The position numbers were made by a program, and so were the translations under genes. The notes below the pieces were generated by a model that worked only from the letters and a program-made list of their open reading frames with translations, did not search any database and was not told where the DNA came from. Below, piece after piece: positions 20,352 to 29,550 of a DNA stretch of 64,000 nt (its first letter is position 1; every line of letters begins with the position of its first letter). Where the stretch lies: assembly GCA_044426515.1 (NCBI GenBank), contig JAUGSS010000062.1, positions 5,523-69,522 of the forward strand, written 5' to 3'. This DNA comes from Methylococcaceae bacterium. GTDB lineage: Bacteria > Pseudomonadota > Gammaproteobacteria > Methylococcales > Methylomonadaceae.

Positions 20352-21512
20352 ATGACTGTAAGATCTTTTTGTCAAACTTTTATCAGCCTACCCGTTTGTG
20401 CATTAATGTTGACAATAGCGTCGGCCGGTATGATGACTGATGCCCAGGCGACGCCTGCGTATATGCAATATTACAGAGCGCCGAACTGTGAATCTTGTCA
20501 CGCCAACGCAGCGGGGCCGCGAGCCGGACTGGCTGCCTATCTGGCCTCTAAAACACCTGCTTGCACCGCACCGCAAGTACTGCAAAACAATGTTTGCGTA
20601 ACGCCGGTTCCTGCTTGCACCGCGCCTCAAGTGCTGCAAAATAATGTTTGCGTAACGCCGCCACCCGCGGAGACTATGGTGCGCATGCAAACGTCTTTGG
20701 GAATTATCGATATTCGTTTATTCGATTCGGATGCGCCGTTGACCGTAAGCAATTTTTTAAGCTATGCCGATAGCGGAGCCTACAGTAATTCATTTATTCA
20801 ACGTAGCGTACCCGGTTTTACTGTTCAAGGCGGTGGTTACGTTTGGAATCAGAAAAGTAATTCGGTTAAAGCTATCGCCAAGAGAGCTCCGGTGGCGAAC
20901 GAGTTCAACCCCAGCCATTCCAATTTACGCGGCACTATCTCCATGCTCAAGATTAGCGGTAAACCTGATAGCGCTACCAGCCAGTGGTCCTTTAATTTGG
21001 CCGATAATTCGGCAATTCTTGACTATCAAAATGCAGGCTCTACCGTTTTCGGTCAAGTGCTTGAAAAAAGCCTGTCGGTTGTCGATGCGATTGCTGCTTT
21101 GCCTCGTAAAAATGCCGGCGGAACATTGACGCAATTACCGATCGCCACCTCGCTCACCGGCTCGGCGCTGAAAACACTGTTGAAAAAACCGTTGGCAAAA
21201 GCCAACTTGGTCACAATAACCGCCGTTTCGTCGAACCGTTCCAACATCGACGCGAGTGATTCCGACCGTGTCTTCGCCTATCTGGAAGCGGCTTATCCCG
21301 AATATTTATCCCCCGCCAACGCTTTATCTCCGGCTGACACAGGGTCCGCCAGCTCAGGCGGTTACTATTATCGCTACTATTCGTCCAGCAAAGCTTATAT
21401 CTCCACAGCCAACGGCGTGGTGTATTACCGTGGCCCCGTTTCCAATGATCAAGCTGTTTCCTGGGGCAGCCTGTCCGGTTGGCTCGCGGCAGCAGTTGCA
21501 GCGGGTTATTGA
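20352..21512 (+). CDS. secreted cyclophilin-type PPIase with N-terminal CxxCH motif, Cys-containing tandem repeats and Tyr-rich C-terminal domain
   Basis: signal peptide; CESCH; 2x PACTAPQVLQNNVCVTP; APLTVSNFLSY, RSVPGFTVQGGG, NLRGTISM, SATSQW, TVFGQV. Confidence 0.85.
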   Translation: MTVRSFCQTFISLPVCALMLTIASAGMMTDAQATPAYMQYYRAPNCESCHANAAGPRAGLAAYLASKTPACTAPQVLQNNVCVTPVPACTAPQVLQNNVCVTPPPAETMVRMQTSLGIIDIRLFDSDAPLTVSNFLSYADSGAYSNSFIQRSVPGFTVQGGGYVWNQKSNSVKAIAKRAPVANEFNPSHSNLRGTISMLKISGKPDSATSQWSFNLADNSAILDYQNAGSTVFGQVLEKSLSVVDAIAALPRKNAGGTLTQLPIATSLTGSALKTLLKKPLAKANLVTITAVSSNRSNIDASDSDRVFAYLEAAYPEYLSPANALSPADTGSASSGGYYYRYYSSSKAYISTANGVVYYRGPVSNDQAVSWGSLSGWLAAAVAAGY

Positions 21513-21756
21513 TTGTTCATGATTTTTCGACCTGTACGATGAGAAGCAATTGATGGGTCCAGGAAAATATTCGAAGGGATATATTTCAGGCGGGCAGCCG
21601 TGCCGTGCGCGCCATCTCCGGGGCTTAAAATACACCTGCTTTGTGTTTAAACCCTTTGGCGCGCGCGGCACGGTTGAGTCATTGATTTTTTTATAACCTT
21701 TGTGTCACCTGGATCAGGCAGGTGACGCTTTCATTTAATTAAGAGAGTACTTGAAC

Positions 21757-22260
21757 ATGGGCCATAAAGTCTTTTCGATCGCAATGAGCGTTTTGCTAAG
21801 TATTTGCAGTTTTAATGCCGATGCCTCAGACGTCGGTCAGCCTGCACCGGCGTTTACTTTGCCTTCTTTACTGCAAGATCAAGCCATCAGCCTTACACAA
21901 TTTAACAGCAAAGTTGTTTATATCGATTTTTGGGCTTCATGGTGCGCTCCGTGCAGAACTTCTTTTCCTTTATTAAATAAATTGCAGCAAAAGCTTAAGG
22001 ACCAAGGCTTTGAAGTCGTGGCGATTAACCTGGATGAAAACAAAGCCAATGCCGAAAGATTTCTAAAAGATTTTCCGGTCGGATTTACCCTTTTACGCGA
22101 CAGCAAAGGCGAGTGGGCCGATAAATATGTCGTTGAATCGATGCCGACCTCATTCATCATTGATCGGCAGGGCGTCATTCAAAACATTCATCATGGTTTT
22201 AGCAGTGACGATATTAATGAGTTTGAACAAAAAATTGTCCAATTGTTAGCGAAAAAATAG
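21757..22260 (+). CDS. TlpA-family thiol:disulfide oxidoreductase
   Basis: signal peptide, VVYIDFWASWCAPC, MPTSFIID. Confidence 0.92.
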   Translation: MGHKVFSIAMSVLLSICSFNADASDVGQPAPAFTLPSLLQDQAISLTQFNSKVVYIDFWASWCAPCRTSFPLLNKLQQKLKDQGFEVVAINLDENKANAERFLKDFPVGFTLLRDSKGEWADKYVVESMPTSFIIDRQGVIQNIHHGFSSDDINEFEQKIVQLLAKK

Positions 22261-22268
22261 GCAAGACT

Positions 22269-22484
22269 ATGAAACTTGGAAATATTGTTATGTTAATCGG
22301 GGTTATTGCCGGCTGTAGCGCATGCACCGAGGTTTTGCCCAGACAGCGCGGCAGTTTGGCGCTTCCGCAAATGGCTTTAACGACGGATGCGATGGAATTC
22401 GGTTTGCGCCAGCACATCGCTTTCAGCAAAGAAGCGGCGTCCGGCGGTTACGGTGGGGGAGGGGGCGGTTGCGGCTGCAACTGA
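22269..22484 (+). CDS. DUF4266 family lipoprotein
   Basis: lipobox-like Cys; C-terminal SKEAASGGYGGGGGGCGCN. Confidence 0.88.
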   Translation: MKLGNIVMLIGVIAGCSACTEVLPRQRGSLALPQMALTTDAMEFGLRQHIAFSKEAASGGYGGGGGGCGCN

Positions 22485-22521
22485 CGCCCTTTGACTTCAC
22501 ATAAATTAACAATGACTGCCG

Positions 22522-23748
22522 ATGAAAGCTCATAATAAAAAACATAACAGCCTTGCGCACTTGACCTGTGCAGCCTTGGCGCTGCCGGGACTGGTGCAGA
22601 CCGCGGCAGCCGGACGAATCGAAGAAACCTACAACGGCGATTTTCAGTATGGGCATTATTCCGAAAGCAACCAGCGCATAAAAGTCGATATTTTTGAAGG
22701 TGCGCTATCGGCTCCGGTAGGCAAGTCCATGACCGCTTCGGTCAATTTAGTCCGTGACATGATTTCCGGCGCCTCTCCTGTTTACAACGAAAAAAACCGT
22801 CAAGGACAAGTCCGCCAGATGATAAGCGGCGCATCGCCGACCAGTTCCTGCGGCGCATCGATCTGCGAACAACGCGATGCGATCAGTTCAGGCTTAAGCT
22901 ATTTTCTTGATTCGGCCGCTATTAATGTCGGCGGCGGTTTTTCCAGGGAACAGGATTACACTTCCCGTTACTTCAATACCAACATGAGTCTGGATTTGAA
23001 TAAAAAACTGACTACGCTGAATTTTGGCGCTTCAGCGGCTTTTGATGAAATAGCCCCGTCGCCCTCGATTTGGAACAATCGGGATAGGGATTTTAAGAGC
23101 CATAAAACCAGTCAACACTATTTGCTCGGCGTATCGCAAGTTATCGATAAAGACTCTTTAGTGCAGAGCAACATTACCTTCGGCTACCAGTCGGGTTTTT
23201 TGTCCGATCCTTATAAATGGGTGGCTTTTTATAACGGCAATGCTTTCTCGGACTTTCAGCAAGATAAGCGTCCGCAACAAAAGTTTCAATGGGCGTGGCT
23301 GAATCAATATGTCCGCCATTTTGACCGCTTTAATGATGCCGCGTTACATCTGGATTACCGGTTCAGCACCGATGATTGGGGAGTGAATGCTCATACTTTC
23401 GAGGCTAGCTGGCATCAACCGATTGTCGATGATTGGCAAATAATTCCCCGCTTTAGATATTATTCGCAAGACAAGGCGGATTTTTACCTGCCGGTTTTTT
23501 CCGGCGATTCGGCAAATTATGCGGCTTATTCCAGCGATTATCGCTTGGCGGGCTTCGGCGCGATTTCCGGTGGTATTAAATTAAGCAAGGAAATCAATCA
23601 AATAAAACCCTTTAGCCAATTAAAGTTTCAAACCGGTTTTGAATACTATAACCATAAAGGGAGCTACGAGTTAGGCGGCAATCATCGCAATAACTTCGAC
23701 AGCTTCAGTTACTGTTTGGTCACCGCTTCGTTTAATTTGAAATTTTAG
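22522..23748 (+). CDS. DUF3570 family outer-membrane beta-barrel
   Basis: DMISGAS, SREQDYTS, GFLSDPYK, DDWGVNAHT, RYYSQDKADFY, SSDYRL; terminal Phe; follows DUF4266. Confidence 0.85.
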   Translation: MKAHNKKHNSLAHLTCAALALPGLVQTAAAGRIEETYNGDFQYGHYSESNQRIKVDIFEGALSAPVGKSMTASVNLVRDMISGASPVYNEKNRQGQVRQMISGASPTSSCGASICEQRDAISSGLSYFLDSAAINVGGGFSREQDYTSRYFNTNMSLDLNKKLTTLNFGASAAFDEIAPSPSIWNNRDRDFKSHKTSQHYLLGVSQVIDKDSLVQSNITFGYQSGFLSDPYKWVAFYNGNAFSDFQQDKRPQQKFQWAWLNQYVRHFDRFNDAALHLDYRFSTDDWGVNAHTFEASWHQPIVDDWQIIPRFRYYSQDKADFYLPVFSGDSANYAAYSSDYRLAGFGAISGGIKLSKEINQIKPFSQLKFQTGFEYYNHKGSYELGGNHRNNFDSFSYCLVTASFNLKF

Positions 23749-23899
23749 AGCCGGCCCCGTAGGGCGTACCGTGCGCGCCTTTTTCGAGGCTTGGGATAAG
23801 CCGATCTCAATTTTAATTTTTTGCCGCGCACGGCACGGTATCTACGGGGTTCCCAAGTTGGAGCTTGGGAACGAGCATCAACTAAATAGAGTAAAAATT

Positions 23900-25792
23900 A
23901 TGAAAAAACCAGCATTTATAACAGCGCTTTGGCTGTTGGCTATCGCCATCGCACAGGCTGAAATTCCTAAAGCAAGTTTCAGCGTTACTTCTTTAAATTC
24001 CGGGCAATGGCCGGCCGAGTATCGGCTTTCCTTGGCCGTACCCAAGGATCACCATGCTTATCTCGACAAAGGCGACGAGAATATTTATCTCCCGGTTGAA
24101 ATTGATCCTGAACAAAAATTGGCCGCAGCCCAATTAAAGATAGTCAATCTACAAAGCCCCGTGGGCATGTACGACAATAAAGTTGAAGCGACGGTGCTGA
24201 GAGATCAGGGCGACTTCCTATTATCTGTTGCGCCTTTAGGCTCCGAGCCTGTCAACATCAAGACCATCGTGCTGGGCGTTAACTATCAGCTGTGCAACGA
24301 CATAACCCATGTTTGTTTCCGCCCGCAAACAACGCAAGTCGAGTTTACTTTGCCGACGCCGCCTGCAAAGCAGTCCGCCGGCGAAATGCCCGAACAGTCA
24401 GGCAATATGACCGATCAATTGTTGGCATTATTTAACAATAATCAGGACCACGCGCTGATCATGTTCGGTCTTATGTTTCTTGCCGGTATTTTGTCCGTTG
24501 CAACGCCTTGTGTTTACCCGATGTTGCCGATTACCTCGATGTTTATTGTCAATCGCGCCAACGGCGTCGCGGCAAAGGAAAAATTGCATGCTTTCGCTTA
24601 TGTCATCGGCATTATCGGCACATACACGGCATTAGGCTTAATCGCCGGCATGACCGGAGGCGCGTTTAACACCTTTATGCAATCCGCTTGGGTCAATATC
24701 GGCTTCGCTTTATTTTTTGCTTTTTTTGCGATCGCCCTGTTAGGGTTTTACGAATTGGCGTTCATGCAAAATGAGCTCCATAGCTTGGATCGGCATTCTG
24801 CGCGGATTAAAGGCTTAACCGGGACTTGGCTGATGGGTACGGTAGCGGGCCTGGTCATTTCACCCTGTGTAGGTCCGATTGTTTTCGCCCTGCTGCTGCA
24901 AGTCGCCGATCACATTGCGGATAAAGCCGACGCCCTGAGCACAATGAGCCAAAGCTTGACGTTTTGGGACAAGTTGAGCATTGCCAGCCAAGGCAGCATT
25001 ATGATGGGCGCTTTCGGCCTGGGCGTAGGCTTGCCCTTTTTTATCATCAGCGTGGTTAAATTCAAAAAACTGCCTAAATCCGGTTACTGGATGAATAAAG
25101 TCAAGTATGCGTTCGGCCTGTTGGTTTTGTATTTTGCTTATACCTATTTTGCTAAAGGCATGGGAGTGCTGGGCGTCGAACCCGCAGTCACATTATCGTT
25201 GGCTTTCGGCATGCTGGCCGTGTGGATAGCCGTGGTGCATTGCAACGTCTTATCGCTATTGCCTAGCGATGCTCAGCCCAACCGGAAAATGCACCATTAC
25301 TGCGGCGTTATGGCGCTGGTCGTCGGTATTTGGCTGATAATCGCCGGCTTGGGGCAAACCCCGATTATCACGACGGCTCATGCCAATGATCTCGCGCCGG
25401 AAAAAAGCCAAAACACAGCGAGTCCGGCAATACAGGAAGAAGCCGGAATTTTGTGGTACCGAAATTTCGATGCCGCACAAAAAATAGCTCAACAAACCGG
25501 CAAGCCCATTTTTATAGATTTCTATGCCGGTTGGTGCGCCAACTGCATCGCATTCAAAGCGGAAGCGGCTAATAATAGCCAATTAAATCAGGCATTAAAA
25601 GAAAATGCAGTGGCGGTAAAACTGGTGGATAAAGAAGCTGAATTTGAAAAGTTCCGTCAACTTCCGGAACATCGCCAGTTAAAAATCGGCTTACCCTACT
25701 TTGCCGTTTTATCGCCGGCTGGAAAATTGCTTTGGTCAAGCACGGATTATAAAGCAACGGAAAATATGGTTGCCGTCCTGACCGGCTTCTAA
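23900..25792 (+). CDS. dsbD: DsbD-type thiol:disulfide interchange protein
   Basis: N-domain CNDITHVC, TM TPCVYPM and SPCVGP, C-terminal thioredoxin DFYAGWCANC; start placed at ATG 23900. Confidence 0.8.
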   Translation: MKKPAFITALWLLAIAIAQAEIPKASFSVTSLNSGQWPAEYRLSLAVPKDHHAYLDKGDENIYLPVEIDPEQKLAAAQLKIVNLQSPVGMYDNKVEATVLRDQGDFLLSVAPLGSEPVNIKTIVLGVNYQLCNDITHVCFRPQTTQVEFTLPTPPAKQSAGEMPEQSGNMTDQLLALFNNNQDHALIMFGLMFLAGILSVATPCVYPMLPITSMFIVNRANGVAAKEKLHAFAYVIGIIGTYTALGLIAGMTGGAFNTFMQSAWVNIGFALFFAFFAIALLGFYELAFMQNELHSLDRHSARIKGLTGTWLMGTVAGLVISPCVGPIVFALLLQVADHIADKADALSTMSQSLTFWDKLSIASQGSIMMGAFGLGVGLPFFIISVVKFKKLPKSGYWMNKVKYAFGLLVLYFAYTYFAKGMGVLGVEPAVTLSLAFGMLAVWIAVVHCNVLSLLPSDAQPNRKMHHYCGVMALVVGIWLIIAGLGQTPIITTAHANDLAPEKSQNTASPAIQEEAGILWYRNFDAAQKIAQQTGKPIFIDFYAGWCANCIAFKAEAANNSQLNQALKENAVAVKLVDKEAEFEKFRQLPEHRQLKIGLPYFAVLSPAGKLLWSSTDYKATENMVAVLTGF

Positions 25793-25900
25793 ATAGCGCA
25801 TCTTAAAACAATGGTTTCAGGGATTAACAAAATGGATGGCTTGTTAAAAGACCGCCTCTGATTACGGTTCACCGCAAGCATTGTTTATCTATCCGTTATT

Positions 25901-26021
25901 TTCATACCAAAATTGCAGACATTATTTGCAGCGATTGCAAAAATAAGCGGTTAATTTTCTGTGTGTCGAGTAATAAAAATTAATAAAATCAGTATATTAC
26001 TTAATTGGTATGGATAGTGCT
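25901..26021 (+). promoter_or_regulatory. second copy of sigma54 promoter/UAS/IHF module
   Basis: TGGTATGGATAGTGCT at 26006-26021; AATCAGTATATTA; TTCATACCAAAATTGCAGACATTA at 25901; spacing identical to 20073-20193. Confidence 0.8.
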
Positions 26022-26134
26022 TTATGTATTATAAAGGCGGCGCCAATTATTTAAATCCGCGTTTGCGGCCCTTTTTCAGAGGTGGCTAGAGTTAGTCATG
26101 AAGTTTATTTTTATTCAACAACAGAGGAAAAATC

Positions 26135-27553
26135 ATGTCAGTTAAAACAAAAGGTTATGCGCAAGAATTGGTCGCTTTTGATAGCGAAGACGATTTTGAT
26201 ACCGATCATATTGTGATTGGCGGCTTGGATAATGGCCAAATCGACGGTAACGGCGGGGACGATTTGGGAGATGATAGTTTTGATGGCGGTATCGGCGACG
26301 ATAACCTCGACGGCGGCGACGGCAACGACATTGAAAACGGCGGCGATGGCAGCGACAATTTATTGGGCGGTTTGGGCGATGATAGTTTGGATGGCGGTAC
26401 CGGCGACGATAATCTCGACGGTGGCGACGGCACGGATAATTTAGTGGGTGGCTCAGGCTTCGATGTTTTAAGCGGCGGCTTGGGTAATGACCGAATCGAC
26501 GGCGGAGAAGGCAATGACAGTGGAAATGGTGGCGACGGTGATGACAATTTATTAGGCGATTTGGGCGATGATAGTTTGGATGGCGGTACCGGCGACGATA
26601 ATCTCGACGGCGGCGACGGCATGGATCATTTAGTGGGCGGTTCAGGGCTCGATATTTTAGGTGGCGGTTTGGGTAATGACCAAATCGATGGCGGCGAAGG
26701 TAACGATACTGAAAACGGCCATGACGGCGATGATCATTTATTAGGCGGTCTGGGCGATGATAGTTTGGATGGTGGTACCGGCGACGATAATCTCGACGGC
26801 GGCGACGGCATGGATAATTTAGTGGGCGGTTCAGGGCTCGATATTTTAGGTGGCGGCTTGGGTAATGACCAAATCGATGGCGGCGAAGGTAACGACACTG
26901 GAAACGGCGGCGACGGCAGCGACTATTTGTTAGGCGGTTTGGGTGACGATAGCCTGGATGGCGGTATCGGCAACGATAATTTGGATGGCGGTGCCGATGA
27001 CGATAACCTTAGCGGTGGTTCAGGCACGGATAACCTTAACGGCGGTGACGGCGACGATTCATTAGATGGCGGCAAAGGCACCGATAGTTTAACCGGCGGA
27101 TTAGGCGAGGATAACCTTAAAGGCGGTTTAGGCGTCGATAATCTTAGCGGCGGTGACGGCAATGACACTCTCTTGGGCGGAGAAGGCAATGACAATCTCA
27201 GTGCCGGCAATGGCAATGACCTATTAATCAGCGATTCAGGCCGGGATGTGTTAACAGGCGGGGCAGGTGCCGATATTTTTAAATTTTCTAATGAAAAGCA
27301 CTATTTGAAAGATGGCATTACCGATTTTGCCCAAGACGACATTATTGACTTGACAACGATCGATGCTAACACCGCGACCTCGGCAAATGACGCTTTTACC
27401 TGGGCAACTGATGCTTTCACTGGTGCCGGGCAATTGCATTACAATGCGGCAACTCACATCTTATACGGCAATACCGATGCCGACAGTGCGGCAGAGTTTG
27501 CAATTCAACTGACGGGCGTGAACAGTTTGGCAGCTACAGATGTACTGTTGTAA
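26135..27553 (+). CDS. RTX-type calcium-binding repeat protein with serralysin-like C-terminal secretion domain
   Basis: ~38 consecutive GGxGxDxLx nonapeptides; C-terminal DGITDF..DDIIDL..IDAN...ADSAAEFAIQLTG; no signal peptide. Confidence 0.92.
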   Translation: MSVKTKGYAQELVAFDSEDDFDTDHIVIGGLDNGQIDGNGGDDLGDDSFDGGIGDDNLDGGDGNDIENGGDGSDNLLGGLGDDSLDGGTGDDNLDGGDGTDNLVGGSGFDVLSGGLGNDRIDGGEGNDSGNGGDGDDNLLGDLGDDSLDGGTGDDNLDGGDGMDHLVGGSGLDILGGGLGNDQIDGGEGNDTENGHDGDDHLLGGLGDDSLDGGTGDDNLDGGDGMDNLVGGSGLDILGGGLGNDQIDGGEGNDTGNGGDGSDYLLGGLGDDSLDGGIGNDNLDGGADDDNLSGGSGTDNLNGGDGDDSLDGGKGTDSLTGGLGEDNLKGGLGVDNLSGGDGNDTLLGGEGNDNLSAGNGNDLLISDSGRDVLTGGAGADIFKFSNEKHYLKDGITDFAQDDIIDLTTIDANTATSANDAFTWATDAFTGAGQLHYNAATHILYGNTDADSAAEFAIQLTGVNSLAATDVLL

Positions 27554-27579
27554 ACGCTCGTTGTTTTAAATCCTCGGCT

Positions 27580-27619
27580 TATGATGCCGGGTTCACGAAT
27601 TTGGGAACCCGGCATCATA
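27580..27619 (+). terminator. intrinsic terminator-like hairpin
   Basis: TATGATGCCGGGTTC...GAACCCGGCATCATA directly after the RTX gene. Confidence 0.65.
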
Positions 27620-27765
27620 GCGTTTATGGTATTGGATTCCTGCATTCTTACCGGAATGGCGGGATTATTTTTTGCCCAATCGGATTCGAATAGGGAATGC
27701 CGAATCTTTGCTTGTTGTGAATTCATTTGATTTTGTATGATCAGTGGCGGCCTTTATAATGCTTC

Positions 27766-29550
27766 ATGCGCATTCACCGGATTTTATTAATTTCTTTTCT
27801 TTTACTGTTGCTTTTAACCACAGTTCCGATCGTAGCGCTTTCCTTTTATGCCTCGCGGGTGGCTTTAGAGGCGGAAATCGGACGCAATCTTAAAAATGAT
27901 GCGGCTATGTTGATGGAACAAATCGACATGCTGATATTCGAACGCTTACAAAACGTCCATTCCTGGAGTCATCTGGATATTATTCAAGAAGGCCGTATCG
28001 GTGATGTAGACAAACGTCTGGCACAATTTCTGGCCGAATTGGAGCACGGCTATCCGGGAGTATACCGAAGCCTGTTTTACCTGGATAACGGAAACCGGAT
28101 TATCGCAGCCGGAGATCCGGCATTGATCAGGCAACCCTTTCAGCCCCAGGCAGACTGGATACGTGCGCACGTACCGCACGGCGAAGTCTTTCTGGAAGCC
28201 TTGCAGTTACAACCTCCTTACGATCAGGCGGATTTGTTTATTCGCGCCCCGGTACCCGATAACTACGCCAGCGGTGATATAGGGCAGCTTTACGGCGTGT
28301 TTGATCTTCGGCAAATTTTCCGCTTGTTCGATCAGGCCAGCCATTCTGACGCAGGCGACCGTTTTGTCATCCTGCTGGATGCCGATGGCCGAGCTATAGC
28401 CGCCTCCGCAGCTGCGCGTGCGCAAAAATTGCTGTTGACCGATACCTTTGCCGACTGGAAGCTCAATGAACAAAACGGCATCGCTGTCCATACCGGCAAG
28501 CCGTTGACCGACTCATCGGTATTGGTCGGCTATGCGGTCTCTAAAAGCTATGAAGGCTATGCCAATATGGGCTGGTCGTTGCTGGTTATCCAGTCTACGC
28601 AACAGGCCTTCCAGCCTATTTGGGCCTTGTGGTGGCTGTTTTTCAGCGTTTTCATCATTATCGGTTTGATTGCCGGCGGCGTCGCTCAATGGGTGGCGGG
28701 ACGTATCGCCAAGCCCTTGCTGGATTTAACCGCTTGGGTCCGGCGCTTCCGGAAAGACTCGGATTGCAGGAGCCCCACTGTATCCGGCGCCAAAGAAGTA
28801 CGCGAATTGAGCTCGGCTTTTGGGCAACTCGCCGAAGATTTAGAGCGTTCCCGGCAACAGGTTGTGCATGCCGCTAAACTGGCGGTAGTCGGCGAAATGG
28901 CGGCGATCATGGCTCATGAAGTGCGCACCCCGCTGGGCATTTTGCAAACCACCGCACAGATGCTGCAATGGGAAAGCGCGCTCAGCCCTGACGGCCTGGA
29001 AATGACGCAAATGATAGTTGACGAAAGCGCCCGGCTTAATCGTTTGATTTCCACCTTGCTGGACTGCGCTCGCCCGCGTCCGCCTAATATGCAGCCGCAA
29101 GACCTGCACAAAATCATCGCACGGGTTATCGATCTGCTGGCCACGCAGGCGCAAAAAAAGGCTCTACAGATTGACTGGCTGATGCCTGAAAATGCGGCAA
29201 TCATCGAATGCGACCAGGAATTGTTAGTTCAGGTTTTTTTAAACCTGATCCTGAACGCCATTCAAATCGTTCCGGCAGGCGGCTTAATCCGGGTGCGTAC
29301 AGACTGTTCAAACGGCGAAGCGATAAAAATAACCGTGGCCGACAATGGCCCCGGCATTGCGCCGGAAAACCGGGCGCGCTTGTTCGATCCTTTTTTCACC
29401 ACCCGAGAGGGCGGCATCGGTCTTGGCTTAACCGTCACTCAACAAATTATCGCCGTCCATGGCGGTCATCTTAGTGCGCAGCCCAGCGATTTGGGCGGCG
29501 CCTGTTTTACACTGTTTTTACCATTTCATCAGGGACAAAAAATATGCTGA
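27766..29550 (+). CDS. sensor histidine kinase (TM-periplasmic Cache-like-TM-HAMP-HisKA-HATPase)
   Basis: H-box MAHEVRTPL, N-box NLILNAIQ, DNGPGI, FDPFFTT, GIGLGL. Confidence 0.93.
   Translation: MRIHRILLISFLLLLLLTTVPIVALSFYASRVALEAEIGRNLKNDAAMLMEQIDMLIFERLQNVHSWSHLDIIQEGRIGDVDKRLAQFLAELEHGYPGVYRSLFYLDNGNRIIAAGDPALIRQPFQPQADWIRAHVPHGEVFLEALQLQPPYDQADLFIRAPVPDNYASGDIGQLYGVFDLRQIFRLFDQASHSDAGDRFVILLDADGRAIAASAAARAQKLLLTDTFADWKLNEQNGIAVHTGKPLTDSSVLVGYAVSKSYEGYANMGWSLLVIQSTQQAFQPIWALWWLFFSVFIIIGLIAGGVAQWVAGRIAKPLLDLTAWVRRFRKDSDCRSPTVSGAKEVRELSSAFGQLAEDLERSRQQVVHAAKLAVVGEMAAIMAHEVRTPLGILQTTAQMLQWESALSPDGLEMTQMIVDESARLNRLISTLLDCARPRPPNMQPQDLHKIIARVIDLLATQAQKKALQIDWLMPENAAIIECDQELLVQVFLNLILNAIQIVPAGGLIRVRTDCSNGEAIKITVADNGPGIAPENRARLFDPFFTTREGGIGLGLTVTQQIIAVHGGHLSAQPSDLGGACFTLFLPFHQGQKIC

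Noticed and set aside
26206-27216. Pro/Ser-rich minus-strand ORFs
   Set aside because: Antisense shadows of the Gly/Asp RTX repeats.
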